64,000 bases of DNA from Dehalococcoidia bacterium (lineage in GTDB: Bacteria; Chloroflexota; Dehalococcoidia; Plut-88900). The stretch covers positions 544,001 to 608,000 of the forward strand of contig OZ240219.1 of NCBI GenBank assembly GCA_965197645.1, written 5' to 3'. The position numbers were made by a program, and so were the translations under genes. The notes beneath the pieces were generated by a model. That model searched no databases and was not told the origin of the DNA. It saw nothing but the letters and a program-made list of their open reading frames with translations. Below are positions 28,898 to 39,563 of this stretch, piece after piece. The stretch's first letter is position 1, and every line of letters begins with the position of its first letter.

Positions 28898-31798
28898 GTG
28901 ACTGTGGCACTCAAGTCTATCTTCGTCAAAGGCGCCCGAGAGCACAACCTCAAGAACATCGACGTTACGATCCCACGGGACAAATTCGTCGTCATAACCG
29001 GGTTGTCGGGCTCCGGCAAAAGCTCCCTGGCCTTCGATACCATCTACGCCGAAGGGCAGCGGCGCTACGTGGAGTCCCTCTCCGCCTATGCCCGCCAGTT
29101 CTTGGGGCGGATGGAAAAGCCGGACGTCGACTACATCGAAGGGCTCAGTCCCGCCATCTCCATCGATCAGAAAGGGGTGCGGCACAACCCCCGCTCGACC
29201 GTCGGCACCGTCACCGAGATCTATGACTACGTCCGGCTCCTGTATGCACGCGCCGGCCGGCCCCACTGCCCCAACTGCGGGCGGCCCATAGCCCGGCAGA
29301 CGGTCCAGCAGATAGTCGACGCCATCCAGGCCATTCCGGCAGGCACCCGCACGATGATCATGGCTCCCATGGTCGCCAGCCGCAAGGGTGAGCATCAGTC
29401 GATATTCGACGATGCGCGACGATCGGGGTTCGTCAGGGTGAGGGTCAACGGCGAGATACGGGAGCTAACCGAGGAGTTCAACCTCAATAAGAAGCGAAAG
29501 CACACCATCGAGGTGGTGGTGGACAGGCTGATCGTTGGCGAGGGAGAAGGGGAGGCCAGCCGCATGGCCGATTCGGTGGAGACTGCGCTGAAACTGAGCG
29601 GCGGCTCGGTGCTAATCTCGATCGTAGATGGCGAAGAGCACCTCTACTCGGAGCACTTCGCATGCGTGCACTGCGGCATCAGCCTCGGCGAGATCGAGCC
29701 CCGGACCTTCAGCTTCAACAGCCCCCACGGCGCCTGCTCCACCTGTACCGGGTTGGGCGCCAAGATGGTGATCGATCCCGAGCTGGTGATGCCCAACAAG
29801 GAGCTTTCGCTGAGCGAAGGGGCGATCCAGCCCTGGACCCGCGCAGGGGCGATGAGCAACTGGTACGCCAGCATGGTGGACTCTGCAGCCCGGGCATATG
29901 GATTTTCGACCAAGGTCCCGGTGAAGAAGCTCGAAGAGGAGCATCTGAACGTCGTCCTCTATGGCACCAGCCGCGACAAGATGGTCATCAGCCACACCGA
30001 TAGGCGGGGCAAGGTCTGGAAGTGGAACTCCAGCTTCGAGGGAGTGGTGGGCAACCTGGAGCGCCGGTACGCCGAGACCGAGTCGGATTACACCAGGCTC
30101 GAAATCGAGCGGTATATGACCTCGCTGCCCTGCGCATCCTGCGACGGCAATAGGCTAAAGCCCGAATCACTGGCGGTGACCGTCGGCGGCATCAACATCA
30201 TGGAGCTGACCGGCAAGTCTATAGGCGAGGCGTTGGACTGGGTGACGGTGCTGGACGGCTCCAACCCATCCCGTAACGGCGTCAAGGAGCCCCTCACCGA
30301 GCGGGAGCTGATCATCGCCAACCAGATACTGAAGGAGATCATGTCCAGACTCACCTTCCTCAGCGGGATCGGCCTGGACTACCTGACGCTGGACCGGACG
30401 GCTGGCACCCTCAGCGGCGGCGAGGCCCAGCGGATCCGGCTGGCCACCCAGATTGGCAGCGGTCTCATGGGCGTGCTCTACGTGTGCGACGAGCCGTCCG
30501 TCGGGTTGCATCCGGCGGACGATCACCGGCTCATCAACACTTTGAAACGGCTGCGAGACCTGGGCAACACGATCCTGATCGTCGAGCACGACGAGGCGAT
30601 CATGCGCGCCGCGGACCACATAGTAGACCTAGGACCGGGTGCGGGAGACCACGGCGGTTGGGTGGTGGCAGAGGGCCCTCTCGAGGACATCATCAGCAAC
30701 GAAGCGTCTATCACCGGTCAGTACCTGGGCGGTTTCAGGGAGATATCACCTCCAGAGAAACGCAGGGAGACCAACGCCAAGAAGCTGGTTGTCACGGGCG
30801 CCAGGGAGAACAACCTCAAAGGCATAAAGGTCGAGATCCCGCTGGGCATATTGGTGTGCGTCACCGGCGTATCGGGCAGCGGAAAGAGCACCCTGGTCAA
30901 CGAGATCCTCTACAAGAAGCTGGCCCAGTACTTCTTCAGGGCCAAGGACAGGCCCGGCGATTTCGACAAACTCGAGGGGATCGAGCACATAGATAAGGTG
31001 GTCAACATCGATCAATCGCCCATCGGCCGGACTCCCCGCAGCAACCCGGCCACATACACGGGCACTTTTACCCCCATCCGAGAGCTGTTCACCACTGTCC
31101 CCGAGGCCAGGGCCAGGGGATACAAACCGGGCCGGTTTTCGTTCAACGTGAAGGGCGGTCGCTGCGAGGCCTGCCAGGGCGAGGGATACAACCAGATAGA
31201 AATGCAGTTCCTCCCCGACGTTACCGTCCCCTGCGAGATATGCAAGGGTCAGCGGTACGGCCGTGAGGCGCTGGAGATAGAGTTCAAGGGCAAGAACATC
31301 GCCCAAGTCCTGAACATGACCGTAGAGGAGGCCTGCCAGTTCTTCGAGAACATCCCCAAGGTGGCCGGTAAGCTGAACACCATGCGGGACGTGGGCCTGG
31401 GCTATATCAAGCTGGGGCAGCCCGCGACCACCCTCAGCGGTGGTGAGGCGCAGCGGGTCAAGCTCTCTACCGAGCTGTCTCGGCGGGCAACGGGACAGAC
31501 CCTCTACATCCTGGATGAGCCGACTACCGGCCTCTCCTTCGAGGACGCCAACGCCCTGCTGCAGGTGCTTCACCGGCTGGTGGACGCCGGGAACACGGTG
31601 GTCCTGATAGAGCACCACCTGGACCTAATCAAGTCGGCCGACTACCTGATCGACCTCGGGCCGGGCGCCGGAGACGCCGGTGGAAAGGTCGTTGCTACCG
31701 GCACGCCGGAGCAGGTGGCCAGGGTCAAGGGTTCCTTCACCGGCCAGTACCTCAAACCCCTTCTCAAGAAGCACAAGGCCGCAAAGGCAAAGGGTTAG
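28898..31798 (+). CDS. uvrA: Excinuclease ABC subunit A
   Basis: GAREHNLKN, two Walker A motifs, two LSGGEAQR signatures, zinc fingers. Confidence 0.98.
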   Translation: MTVALKSIFVKGAREHNLKNIDVTIPRDKFVVITGLSGSGKSSLAFDTIYAEGQRRYVESLSAYARQFLGRMEKPDVDYIEGLSPAISIDQKGVRHNPRSTVGTVTEIYDYVRLLYARAGRPHCPNCGRPIARQTVQQIVDAIQAIPAGTRTMIMAPMVASRKGEHQSIFDDARRSGFVRVRVNGEIRELTEEFNLNKKRKHTIEVVVDRLIVGEGEGEASRMADSVETALKLSGGSVLISIVDGEEHLYSEHFACVHCGISLGEIEPRTFSFNSPHGACSTCTGLGAKMVIDPELVMPNKELSLSEGAIQPWTRAGAMSNWYASMVDSAARAYGFSTKVPVKKLEEEHLNVVLYGTSRDKMVISHTDRRGKVWKWNSSFEGVVGNLERRYAETESDYTRLEIERYMTSLPCASCDGNRLKPESLAVTVGGINIMELTGKSIGEALDWVTVLDGSNPSRNGVKEPLTERELIIANQILKEIMSRLTFLSGIGLDYLTLDRTAGTLSGGEAQRIRLATQIGSGLMGVLYVCDEPSVGLHPADDHRLINTLKRLRDLGNTILIVEHDEAIMRAADHIVDLGPGAGDHGGWVVAEGPLEDIISNEASITGQYLGGFREISPPEKRRETNAKKLVVTGARENNLKGIKVEIPLGILVCVTGVSGSGKSTLVNEILYKKLAQYFFRAKDRPGDFDKLEGIEHIDKVVNIDQSPIGRTPRSNPATYTGTFTPIRELFTTVPEARARGYKPGRFSFNVKGGRCEACQGEGYNQIEMQFLPDVTVPCEICKGQRYGREALEIEFKGKNIAQVLNMTVEEACQFFENIPKVAGKLNTMRDVGLGYIKLGQPATTLSGGEAQRVKLSTELSRRATGQTLYILDEPTTGLSFEDANALLQVLHRLVDAGNTVVLIEHHLDLIKSADYLIDLGPGAGDAGGKVVATGTPEQVARVKGSFTGQYLKPLLKKHKAAKAKG

Positions 31799-31857
31799 CA
31801 CTCCAGCCCAACCCTCGACACAGAGGCTCATCGATTAAGTTGTAGGAGGACAGAGCA

Positions 31858-32940
31858 ATGACCACCGGAGACAAGACAACGCGGGAAGGGCGCATCAACT
31901 CCATTCGGATTACCGAGGAGTACTACTGGATGCTGCTTCGGCACCTGAACAACGCGGTGTCGGAGAAGCTGGGCGAGCCGGGCTTGAAGGCGCTGGCCGA
32001 GGGCTTTCGGCGGTACGGCCACTATCGGGGAGAGGGAATGCGTCAGAACCCCCAGTCGTTGGCCGAGGGTTGGGACGCACTGTCACTGGTCAGAGCCTGG
32101 GACGCGGCCGACCTTTTCATAGCCAGTCCCAACGAGCGGTTGGAGGTCGAAGGAGACGCCGGCGAAGCTACCGTCCGGTTAGCCCGGGTCCCCGGCAGCG
32201 ATTATTACGCCTCGCGAGAAGGAGGCGATATCCTGGCTACCTACTGGCGCGAGACGCTGGCGGGCATCGCCGCCGGCTACGACGACCAGGTCACCGTGAC
32301 CCACTCGGACATCGCTGCGGATGGTTCGGGGCCCATGTCCGTCACCTGGAGCTATTCGGGGGACACCCGGAGCTCATCGAACGATGCGCCCAGGGACCCT
32401 TTCGCCGACGGAGCGGCCTCCATCCGCCTCTCGAGACGGACCTTCGGGGTCTTCGCTGCGCTGGGCATGTACGTCTACTGGGCCCTCACCAACCGGTTCG
32501 ACGCAACCGGCGAGGAGCTGGTCCGTAAGTCCCTCTACAACTTCGGGGTGGAGCGCGCCCAGGGCATGCGAGAGCATGCTCGGGAGGAAGGGATGCCCAT
32601 AGACTTTCAGAGCTGGTCCGGCGTCATGCAACAGAGAGACCCCAACGAAAACACCTTCGTGTTCAGGGGAGATAATCTGATCACTCCGGGTGCTTACCAG
32701 GTCACCTGTACCTACTGCCCTTGTGCCGAGGTCTGGGCCGAGGAAGGCCAGAAGGGTCTCGCCTTCGGATACATCTACGATATGGAGGTGCACCGCGGTC
32801 TCGTCGAGGGGTTCCATCCCGGCGGCGTGGTGACCTGGGACAAGGTGAAGACCCGGGGCGACAAGGTATGCAATTTCCGGTTTTCGATACCGGAGCTGGT
32901 CACCGAGGAGGACCCGGCCTGGGCCCAGCCATCGGCCTGA
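31858..32940 (+). CDS. Protein with two tandem ATC-hydrolase/V4R-like domains
   Basis: Both halves begin with a G...G.ER/YR..GMR helix; C-half has CTYCPCAEVW...GF.P...KTRGDKVCNFRF; N-half lacks these Cys. Confidence 0.6.
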   Translation: MTTGDKTTREGRINSIRITEEYYWMLLRHLNNAVSEKLGEPGLKALAEGFRRYGHYRGEGMRQNPQSLAEGWDALSLVRAWDAADLFIASPNERLEVEGDAGEATVRLARVPGSDYYASREGGDILATYWRETLAGIAAGYDDQVTVTHSDIAADGSGPMSVTWSYSGDTRSSSNDAPRDPFADGAASIRLSRRTFGVFAALGMYVYWALTNRFDATGEELVRKSLYNFGVERAQGMREHAREEGMPIDFQSWSGVMQQRDPNENTFVFRGDNLITPGAYQVTCTYCPCAEVWAEEGQKGLAFGYIYDMEVHRGLVEGFHPGGVVTWDKVKTRGDKVCNFRFSIPELVTEEDPAWAQPSA

Positions 32941-33072
32941 AGGCCCCACCCCCGTCCTGCAAGCAGGTGTTCGCTATCCCGGAGTCCCCGTCAGGTCAAG
33001 CATGTTCGGGGACATGGGCTACACCTATAGGAATGAAACGGACCTGGAAGGGAGCCGGTGGGATAGTCGAAT

Positions 33073-33527
33073 CGGACTAGATTGCTTCGCTCCCCTCACC
33101 CCCCTCAGGACGAACCCTCCTCGCTCGCAACGACTCCTCGTCATTGCGAGACCCGACAAAGTCGGGGCGTGGCAATCTAGTCACCTCTGCCCGTTGACTG
33201 GCAAGGGCCGTATACCCCACCGGACTAGATTGCTTCGCTCCCCTCACCCCCCTCAGGACGAACCCTCCTCGCTCGCAACGACCCCTCGTCATTGCGAGAC
33301 CCGACGAAGTCGGGGCGTGGCAATCTAGTAACCTCTGCCCGTTGACTGGCAAGGGCCGTATACCCCACCGCCCCAGATTGCTTCGCTCCCCTCACCCCCT
33401 CAGGACGAACCCCCCTCGCTCGCAACGACCCCTCGTCATTGCGAGACCCGACAAAGTCGGGGCGTGGCAATCTAGCCACCTCTGGCCGTTGACTGGCAAG
33501 GGCCGTATACCCCACCGCCCCGGATCG
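33073..33527. repeat. Three tandem ~148-bp units built from inverted CGTC-type REP-like palindromes
   Basis: AGATTGCTTCGCTCCCCTC recurs at 33079, 33227 and 33375 (period 148); units nearly identical and rich in hairpins. Confidence 0.95.
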
Positions 33528-33559
33528 CATGCGACGGCTCCCCACCCCCCTCTACGGCC

Positions 33560-33710
33560 ATTAGCAGGAACGATCGAACATGGGGTGTGCAGAGGGGCTA
33601 AGCCCCTTGCCGGGAGTCTGAGGGTGTCCCTCAGAAATTATCTCTTTTTGTTCCCCCTTCCTGTCAGGAAGGGGGCCAAGGGGGATGGTCGGAAGGACTG
33701 GCAAGCGCCT
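33560..33710. repeat. Palindromic repeat/MITE-like element, family B
   Basis: TGGGGTGTGCAGAGGGGCTAAGCCCCTTGCCGGGAGTCTGAGGGTGTCCC plus CCCCCTTCCTGTCAGGAAGGGGG hairpin. Confidence 0.8.
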
Positions 33711-33711
33711 T

Positions 33712-34569
33712 CTAGACGATAGCCAGCGGGTTCCAAGGCGTTCCCGAGGCGTGAGTCAGGGGCAGCGGCGCGCCAACGAACAGGAACTCGTATACCTGGT
33801 CGCGGGCCAGCTCCTCCAGTGCGATGTTCTCCAACAGATAGATGCCCAGGTCTCTCAACGCATGGATGTGGAGGGAACTGGGATCGGGCCTGTCGGTGTA
33901 GTCCGCCTCGACTGAGGGCTGGTCGGCGCCCAGGGCGCAGATGTCCTTCTCCTTGAGCCACCCGAACAGAGATCCGTCGGGGCCGGGTACCGCCGACTCC
34001 CACAGGGTACGGTCGGCATGGAACACCCTCTCCCAACCGGTGCGGATCATCACGATATCGCCCTGGCGCACCTCGGTGCCCTGATGATCGGCGATGGCGT
34101 CCAGCTCCTCGCCGGTCACTATCTCACCTGGGCCCATGTGGTCGACCTTCCGGTAGCTGGGGACGTCCAGCATGATACCCCGGCCCACCATCGACCGGAC
34201 CTTGTCGATGCCTCCCACGACGACGCCGGACTGGAAGACCTGGTCCTCTGTGAATCCGTTGTAGAAGTGGTCGCCGGTCCAGGCGTGGCTGAGGCTGTCT
34301 ATGTGAGTACCCGAGTGGGTATCCATCGTCACCACGTCCTCCATGAAGTTGGCGCCGGGGCCCCTGGAGGCGTGGGTCACCCTCCAGGTCTTGTGGAAAG
34401 CCGGGAGCTGAGGACCATCCTTCTCCAGGGGTACGGCGAGGCTGTATACCACGCCCTTTTTTATCAGCCGGGCCGCATCCAACACCACCTGTGGAGTAAG
34501 CAGATTCAACGCTCCAAGCTGATCCTCGGAACCCCACCTTCCCCAGTTGTTCGTCACCTGCTGAGTCAT
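33712..34569 (-). CDS. Cyclase family metallohydrolase (kynurenine formamidase/isatin hydrolase-like)
   Basis: NWGRWG.EDQLGALN, HSGTHIDSLSH, GDIVMIRTG, LGAD, LLEN..LEEL. Confidence 0.9.
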   Translation of the reverse strand: MTQQVTNNWGRWGSEDQLGALNLLTPQVVLDAARLIKKGVVYSLAVPLEKDGPQLPAFHKTWRVTHASRGPGANFMEDVVTMDTHSGTHIDSLSHAWTGDHFYNGFTEDQVFQSGVVVGGIDKVRSMVGRGIMLDVPSYRKVDHMGPGEIVTGEELDAIADHQGTEVRQGDIVMIRTGWERVFHADRTLWESAVPGPDGSLFGWLKEKDICALGADQPSVEADYTDRPDPSSLHIHALRDLGIYLLENIALEELARDQVYEFLFVGAPLPLTHASGTPWNPLAIV

Positions 34570-34668
34570 TTTTACCCTCCTCCCTGTTAGCCGGTTTCGA
34601 ATCGTTGCTCCCCATTATACAATCTCCTTGTCGACTCGATTCGACCAGACCCATAGGAGGTGGCAACG

Positions 34669-36900
34669 ATGAAGATAGTAGGCTATGCGGACCGGCTCAG
34701 CGTCCAGCCCGGCGAAACGATACGGTTCATGGTCAGCTCCGAGACGCCCGAGTACCAGGCGGACATCGTGCGGTTGATCCATGGCGATAGGAACCCCAAG
34801 GGGCCCGGGTTCAAGGAGGAGCTTGTGTCGTCTCCCGTTAGTGGGAGGTACGCAGGTAAGCGGCAGACGCTGCCCAAAGGGTCCTACGTTACCGTGCCCG
34901 ACAGCCCCTCGCTGAAGCTGGAGGGCAGCTTTACGCTGCAGGCCTGGATATACTCCACCACGCCGGAAAAGGGGGTGCAGGGCATTCTCACCAAGGGCTC
35001 GGGTACGGGATCCGGCCTGGTCATAGATGAAAACGGCAGTCTTCAACTGTGGCTGGACAGCGGAGGGGGACAGGCGGAGATGGTCAGCAGCGGCAGACCT
35101 ATGCGGGCCTCCACCTGGCATTTCATCGCCGCCGCGTTCGACGAGGATACCCAGTCCGTCCTGCTGGTCCAGAGACCCGTGGTGGACTGGCCTGAGGGAG
35201 ACGTACCACAGACCGTCCGAACGGCTGCCCAGACCAGGGAGACCGTAACCAACGATGCGCCCGTTCTGATAGGAGCGTATGACGATGGGTCTGCGATTAC
35301 TGGGCACTTCAACGGAAAGATAGACAGCCCGCGGGTCTTTGGCGAAGCCCTCGATGAAAATGCGCTGAACGCCCTGGCACGAGGAGCATCGCTTCAGTCC
35401 TTGGACTCCATCCTCGCCGCCTGGGACTTCTCCATTGATCTATCGACCAGAAACGTGCGGGATACGTCTACTCACCACAACCACGGTCGTACCGTTAACA
35501 TGCCTGCTCGGGCCATGACGGGCTACAACTGGACGGGCGACGAGTCCGATTTCAAGCATGCGCCGGAGCAGTACGGGGCAATACATTTTCACGACGACGA
35601 CCTCGACGACGCTGGTTGGGAGGCCGATTTCGAGCTGACTATACCCGAGGGGCTGCGGAGTGGTGTGTACGCCGCCCGGCTGAGAGGGGAAGATGCCGAG
35701 GACCACATACCCTTCTTCGTCAGACCGAAGCGGGGGTCCGCCACGGCGGAGATAGCATTTCTGGTCCCCACCTTCAGCTATCTGGCCTATGCCAACATGC
35801 AGCTCGCCGCCAACATATCCGGCTCCCCCATTTATAACAATCTGCCCGACGATTTCGAGTATCCCAAGGCCGATGAGGACAGGTACATGGTCGAGCACAA
35901 CCTTTTGAGCCTGTACGAACGCCATTCGGACGATAGCGGTGTCTGCTACTCCTCCTATCTGCGTCCGATCCTGAACATGCGGCCCAGCTACTACTCTGCG
36001 GCGCTGGCGGACGGGCGGGGCTCGCCGGACCAGTTCAGCGCCGACCTCCACCTGATCGACTGGCTGGAGGGCAAGGGCCACAGGTATGACGTGATAACGG
36101 ATGAAGACCTGTACCGGGAGGGCGTCGACCTGCTGAGTCCGTACAGGGTCATACTATCGGGTTCCCATCCGGAGTACTGGTCCGGCGGAATGCTGGACTC
36201 GGTGGAGAGCTACCTGAGGACCGGCGGCCGGTTCATGTACCTGGGCGGCAACGGCTTCTACTGGGTCACGTCCCTGGACAACGAGGAGGGCCACACCATC
36301 GAGATCCGGCGCTGGGGCGGCACACAGACCTGGAAGGCAAATCCGGGCGAATCCCATCTCAGCACCTCCGGCGAGCTGGGGGGTACGTGGCGGGGCCGCG
36401 GGCGGGCCCCCCAGCGGTTGATGGGCGTGGGGTTCATATCCCAGGGCTTCGACGTGAACGCTCCCTACAACCGGAAGCCGGACAGCTTTGATCCCAAGGC
36501 GGCCTTCATCTTCGATGGCATCGAAGCGGGGGAGCGGATCGGTGACTTCCCATCGCTGGTGATGGACTACGGGGCCGCCGGCTTCGAGCTAGACCGAGTG
36601 GACTACTCCCTAGGCACCCCTGCACATACCTTGCTGCTGGCCACCGCCGACGAGTTTTCCGATGCCTATCAGCACGTCATCGAGGAGGTGTTGTCCTCCG
36701 ACTCGCATCAGGGAGGCACGGTCAACCCCAACGTGGTCTCGGACATGGTGTACATCACCTACCCCAACGGCGGCGGGGTCTTTTCAGTAGGGTCGATAAG
36801 CTGGTGCGGAAGCCTGTCCTACAGCAGCTACGAAAACAACGTGTCCAGGGTCACCGATAACGTGCTGCGAAGGTTCGCTTCGGACCAGCCGCTTCCATAA
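34669..36900 (+). CDS. N,N-dimethylformamidase large (beta) subunit-like protein with LamG-like domain
   Basis: IVGYADRLSVQPGE, YGAIHFHDDD, PTFSYLAYAN, SLYERHSD, RPILNMRP, GSHPEYWS, YLGGNGFYW, GGVFSVGSI. Confidence 0.9.
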   Translation: MKIVGYADRLSVQPGETIRFMVSSETPEYQADIVRLIHGDRNPKGPGFKEELVSSPVSGRYAGKRQTLPKGSYVTVPDSPSLKLEGSFTLQAWIYSTTPEKGVQGILTKGSGTGSGLVIDENGSLQLWLDSGGGQAEMVSSGRPMRASTWHFIAAAFDEDTQSVLLVQRPVVDWPEGDVPQTVRTAAQTRETVTNDAPVLIGAYDDGSAITGHFNGKIDSPRVFGEALDENALNALARGASLQSLDSILAAWDFSIDLSTRNVRDTSTHHNHGRTVNMPARAMTGYNWTGDESDFKHAPEQYGAIHFHDDDLDDAGWEADFELTIPEGLRSGVYAARLRGEDAEDHIPFFVRPKRGSATAEIAFLVPTFSYLAYANMQLAANISGSPIYNNLPDDFEYPKADEDRYMVEHNLLSLYERHSDDSGVCYSSYLRPILNMRPSYYSAALADGRGSPDQFSADLHLIDWLEGKGHRYDVITDEDLYREGVDLLSPYRVILSGSHPEYWSGGMLDSVESYLRTGGRFMYLGGNGFYWVTSLDNEEGHTIEIRRWGGTQTWKANPGESHLSTSGELGGTWRGRGRAPQRLMGVGFISQGFDVNAPYNRKPDSFDPKAAFIFDGIEAGERIGDFPSLVMDYGAAGFELDRVDYSLGTPAHTLLLATADEFSDAYQHVIEEVLSSDSHQGGTVNPNVVSDMVYITYPNGGGVFSVGSISWCGSLSYSSYENNVSRVTDNVLRRFASDQPLP

Positions 36901-36930
36901 GAAAGCTCCGGAAACCGGACGGTACCAACG

Positions 36931-38205
36931 ATGAAACGAGTCCTGAAACGGGTCCTGACGGACCTGACCATACGCTTTCTCCTGGCGCGGGAGAGGATAG
37001 AATCCGGCGTGGCGTTCAACCTGCTCACGCGCGAAGCAAGATCGAACCCCTATCCCGTCTACCAGCAGCTGCGAGACAAATCGCCGGTACACCGCAGCCG
37101 CCTCGCCAACGCCTGGGTCCTCACGAAGCACAGCGACATCGACGCCGTCCTCCGAGACCATAAACGGTTCGGAAACGACGAACGAAAAGCCGTTGACCGC
37201 CTGCGACAAGAGCAGATCGACGACGAGATGCGCAGCATGCTGCGCCTCGATCCGCCGGACCACACCCGCCTGAGGTCTTTGGTCAACAAAGCGTTTACAC
37301 CCCGGGCAGTCCAGTCCCTGAAACCGCGAGTGGAGGAGCTTGTGGACGAGCTGTTGGATGATATCGATCCCGGCCAACCCTTCGACGTCATGGAAAAGCT
37401 GGCATACCCGCTGCCCATGATCGTCATCGCCGAGATGCTGGGAGTCCCCACCGAGGACAGGGAGCGGTTCAACGCCTGGTCCAACGACGTAGCGCTGGCG
37501 TTGGAGGGCCGAAGATCGGAGGAACAGAACCGTCGTATGCACCGGTCGAGGAGGGACCTGGCCGAGTACTTCACCTCGGTAATCGAGATCCGCAGGGATG
37601 ATCCCCGGAACGATACGGTCAGCGCCTTGATAACGGCCGAAGAGAGCGGCGATAAGCTCACCCATCAGGAGATGCTGTCCATGTTGGTGCTGCTTCTGGT
37701 GGCCGGCAACGAGACCACCAAGAACCTCATCGGCAACGGGCTGTTGGCCCTATTGTATAACCCCAAGCAGCTGGAACCGCTCAGAGACCAGCCGGAGCTG
37801 ATAGATGCTACCGTAGAGGAGCTGCTGAGGTTTGACAGCTCGGTACAGATAGATGGGCGCACCGTGTTGGAGGACGTCGAAATTGGAGGGAAGAAGATCA
37901 GTGCCGGCCAGCGGTTGATCCTGCTGATCGGAGCGGCCAACAGGGACCCGGAGGTGTTCGACGAGCCGGACCGGCTGGACGTCCAGCGATCGAACGGGAA
38001 TCACATCTCCTTTGGCAGGGGAATACACCATTGTCTAGGCGCCCAGCTGGCGCGTATCGAAACCCAGGTGGCGCTGGACAAGCTGCTGGCCCGTTTCACC
38101 GACCTCCGCTTAGTAGAAGAGCCCACTTTCCGAGACCAAGCGGTCCTGCGAGGAGTCGAAGCCTTGTGGGTCGAATCGACGTCCCGGCCGTCGGCTAAGT
38201 CCTAG
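36931..38205 (+). CDS. Cytochrome P450
   Basis: DPPDHTRLR, AGNETT I-helix, EELLR, AANRDP, FGRGIHHCLG heme motif. Confidence 0.96.
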   Translation: MKRVLKRVLTDLTIRFLLARERIESGVAFNLLTREARSNPYPVYQQLRDKSPVHRSRLANAWVLTKHSDIDAVLRDHKRFGNDERKAVDRLRQEQIDDEMRSMLRLDPPDHTRLRSLVNKAFTPRAVQSLKPRVEELVDELLDDIDPGQPFDVMEKLAYPLPMIVIAEMLGVPTEDRERFNAWSNDVALALEGRRSEEQNRRMHRSRRDLAEYFTSVIEIRRDDPRNDTVSALITAEESGDKLTHQEMLSMLVLLLVAGNETTKNLIGNGLLALLYNPKQLEPLRDQPELIDATVEELLRFDSSVQIDGRTVLEDVEIGGKKISAGQRLILLIGAANRDPEVFDEPDRLDVQRSNGNHISFGRGIHHCLGAQLARIETQVALDKLLARFTDLRLVEEPTFRDQAVLRGVEALWVESTSRPSAKS

Positions 38206-38320
38206 TATCCGGCCTGGCAATACGGCCTTGCCGCCCGGCGTCGTATAGAAGCCAAGTGGCACACGCCGGTGTTTTCGCCGTAACGCGGGGTATAATTGGG
38301 CCAATCTTTGAACAGGAGCG

Positions 38321-39463
38321 ATGAAGATGTCCACAACATACGTAGATGCCGACGGCCACATACTGGAACCCACAAACCTGTGGGTAGACGGCTTGGAGTC
38401 GAAATACCAGGACCGGGCCATCCGTCTCTTCAAGGAAGATTCGGGGCTGGAATCCTGGAGCTTTTCAGGAGAGAAGGTGCCCTTTTATGGCGATGGGCTA
38501 TCGTCTAACGTCGCCACCATCGGGAAAACCAAGGAATGGCGCCGGGAGCACGTCTTCGAAAAGCGAGACTTTACCTGGGAGGACGGCCTGGCTATGAACC
38601 GGGGGGCCTGGGACCCGGCGGCTCGTATCGAGGTCATGGACAAAGAGAGGATAGACAAGAGCATCCTGTACCCCACGCTGGCACTGGACCTTGCCGGCAC
38701 CGTCGACCCTGCACTCGGGGCCGCCTACTGCAGGGTCTACAACGATTGGATAATACAGTTCTGCGAGCACAACCCGGAACGCCTGTTTCCCGCGGTAACG
38801 CTGCCCTGGTGCGACGTGGATGAATGCATCACGGAGCTGGACCGGATAAAGCACATGTCGTCCAAGGCGGTGCAGGCGCCGGCGGGGGCGCCGAACGATA
38901 TTCCATTCGGGGATTCTAACTGGGACGACCTCTGGGCGGCGTTCCAGGACCGGGACATCCCGGTCAGTCTCCACGTAGGGTCTGCCGGCACCAGCACCAA
39001 CTCGATCCATTATCCTGAGCTGGAAACCCCATCCTGGTTTCTGTTTTCCAATTCCACCGATATCCAGCTCAGTTTTATGAGCTTCTTTCAGGGCTCGGTG
39101 TTCGACCGTTTTCCCAGGCTGAAGCTGGTCGTTCTAGAATCGGGGTGTGCGTGGATGCCCTGGTTGCTGCACAGAATGGATGAGAAATACGAGATACTGG
39201 GCTTCACCATCGATTTGAAGAACAAGCCGAGCGAATACTTTCCGGAGCACTGCTGGATATCGATGGACCCGGACGATGAGATGGGACTGTTTGCCATCCA
39301 GTACCTGGGCGCCGACAGCTTGATCTGGGCCTACGACTATCCCCACTCCGACTCGCCGGTGGACCCGGTGCCCAACCTGGATAAGACCCTGAACAGCCTC
39401 TCAGGAGAGGACCAGAACAAGGTCAAAGGGGACAACGCCATCGACCTTTACCACCTGAACTAA
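38321..39463 (+). CDS. Amidohydrolase family protein (Amidohydro_2)
   Basis: DADGHILEP, YNDWI..FC, SLHV, VFDRFP, LESG..W, WAYDYPH. Confidence 0.9.
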   Translation: MKMSTTYVDADGHILEPTNLWVDGLESKYQDRAIRLFKEDSGLESWSFSGEKVPFYGDGLSSNVATIGKTKEWRREHVFEKRDFTWEDGLAMNRGAWDPAARIEVMDKERIDKSILYPTLALDLAGTVDPALGAAYCRVYNDWIIQFCEHNPERLFPAVTLPWCDVDECITELDRIKHMSSKAVQAPAGAPNDIPFGDSNWDDLWAAFQDRDIPVSLHVGSAGTSTNSIHYPELETPSWFLFSNSTDIQLSFMSFFQGSVFDRFPRLKLVVLESGCAWMPWLLHRMDEKYEILGFTIDLKNKPSEYFPEHCWISMDPDDEMGLFAIQYLGADSLIWAYDYPHSDSPVDPVPNLDKTLNSLSGEDQNKVKGDNAIDLYHLN

Positions 39464-39563
39464 GCGGGAGTAGATCCCCGCTCCGATTTCTCGGGGCAGC
39501 TCAAAACGCCATAGCGGGTTGTCTTTACGTACGTCCAATCATTAGGACGCCGGCGCAAGCTCT

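Noticed and set aside
33073-33527. CRISPR array
   Set aside because: Whole 148-bp units are near-identical, with no unique spacers and no cas genes.
33002-33722. ORFs spanning the tandem repeat
   Set aside because: The unit length of 148 is not a multiple of 3, there are no RBSs, and the translations are repeat artefacts.
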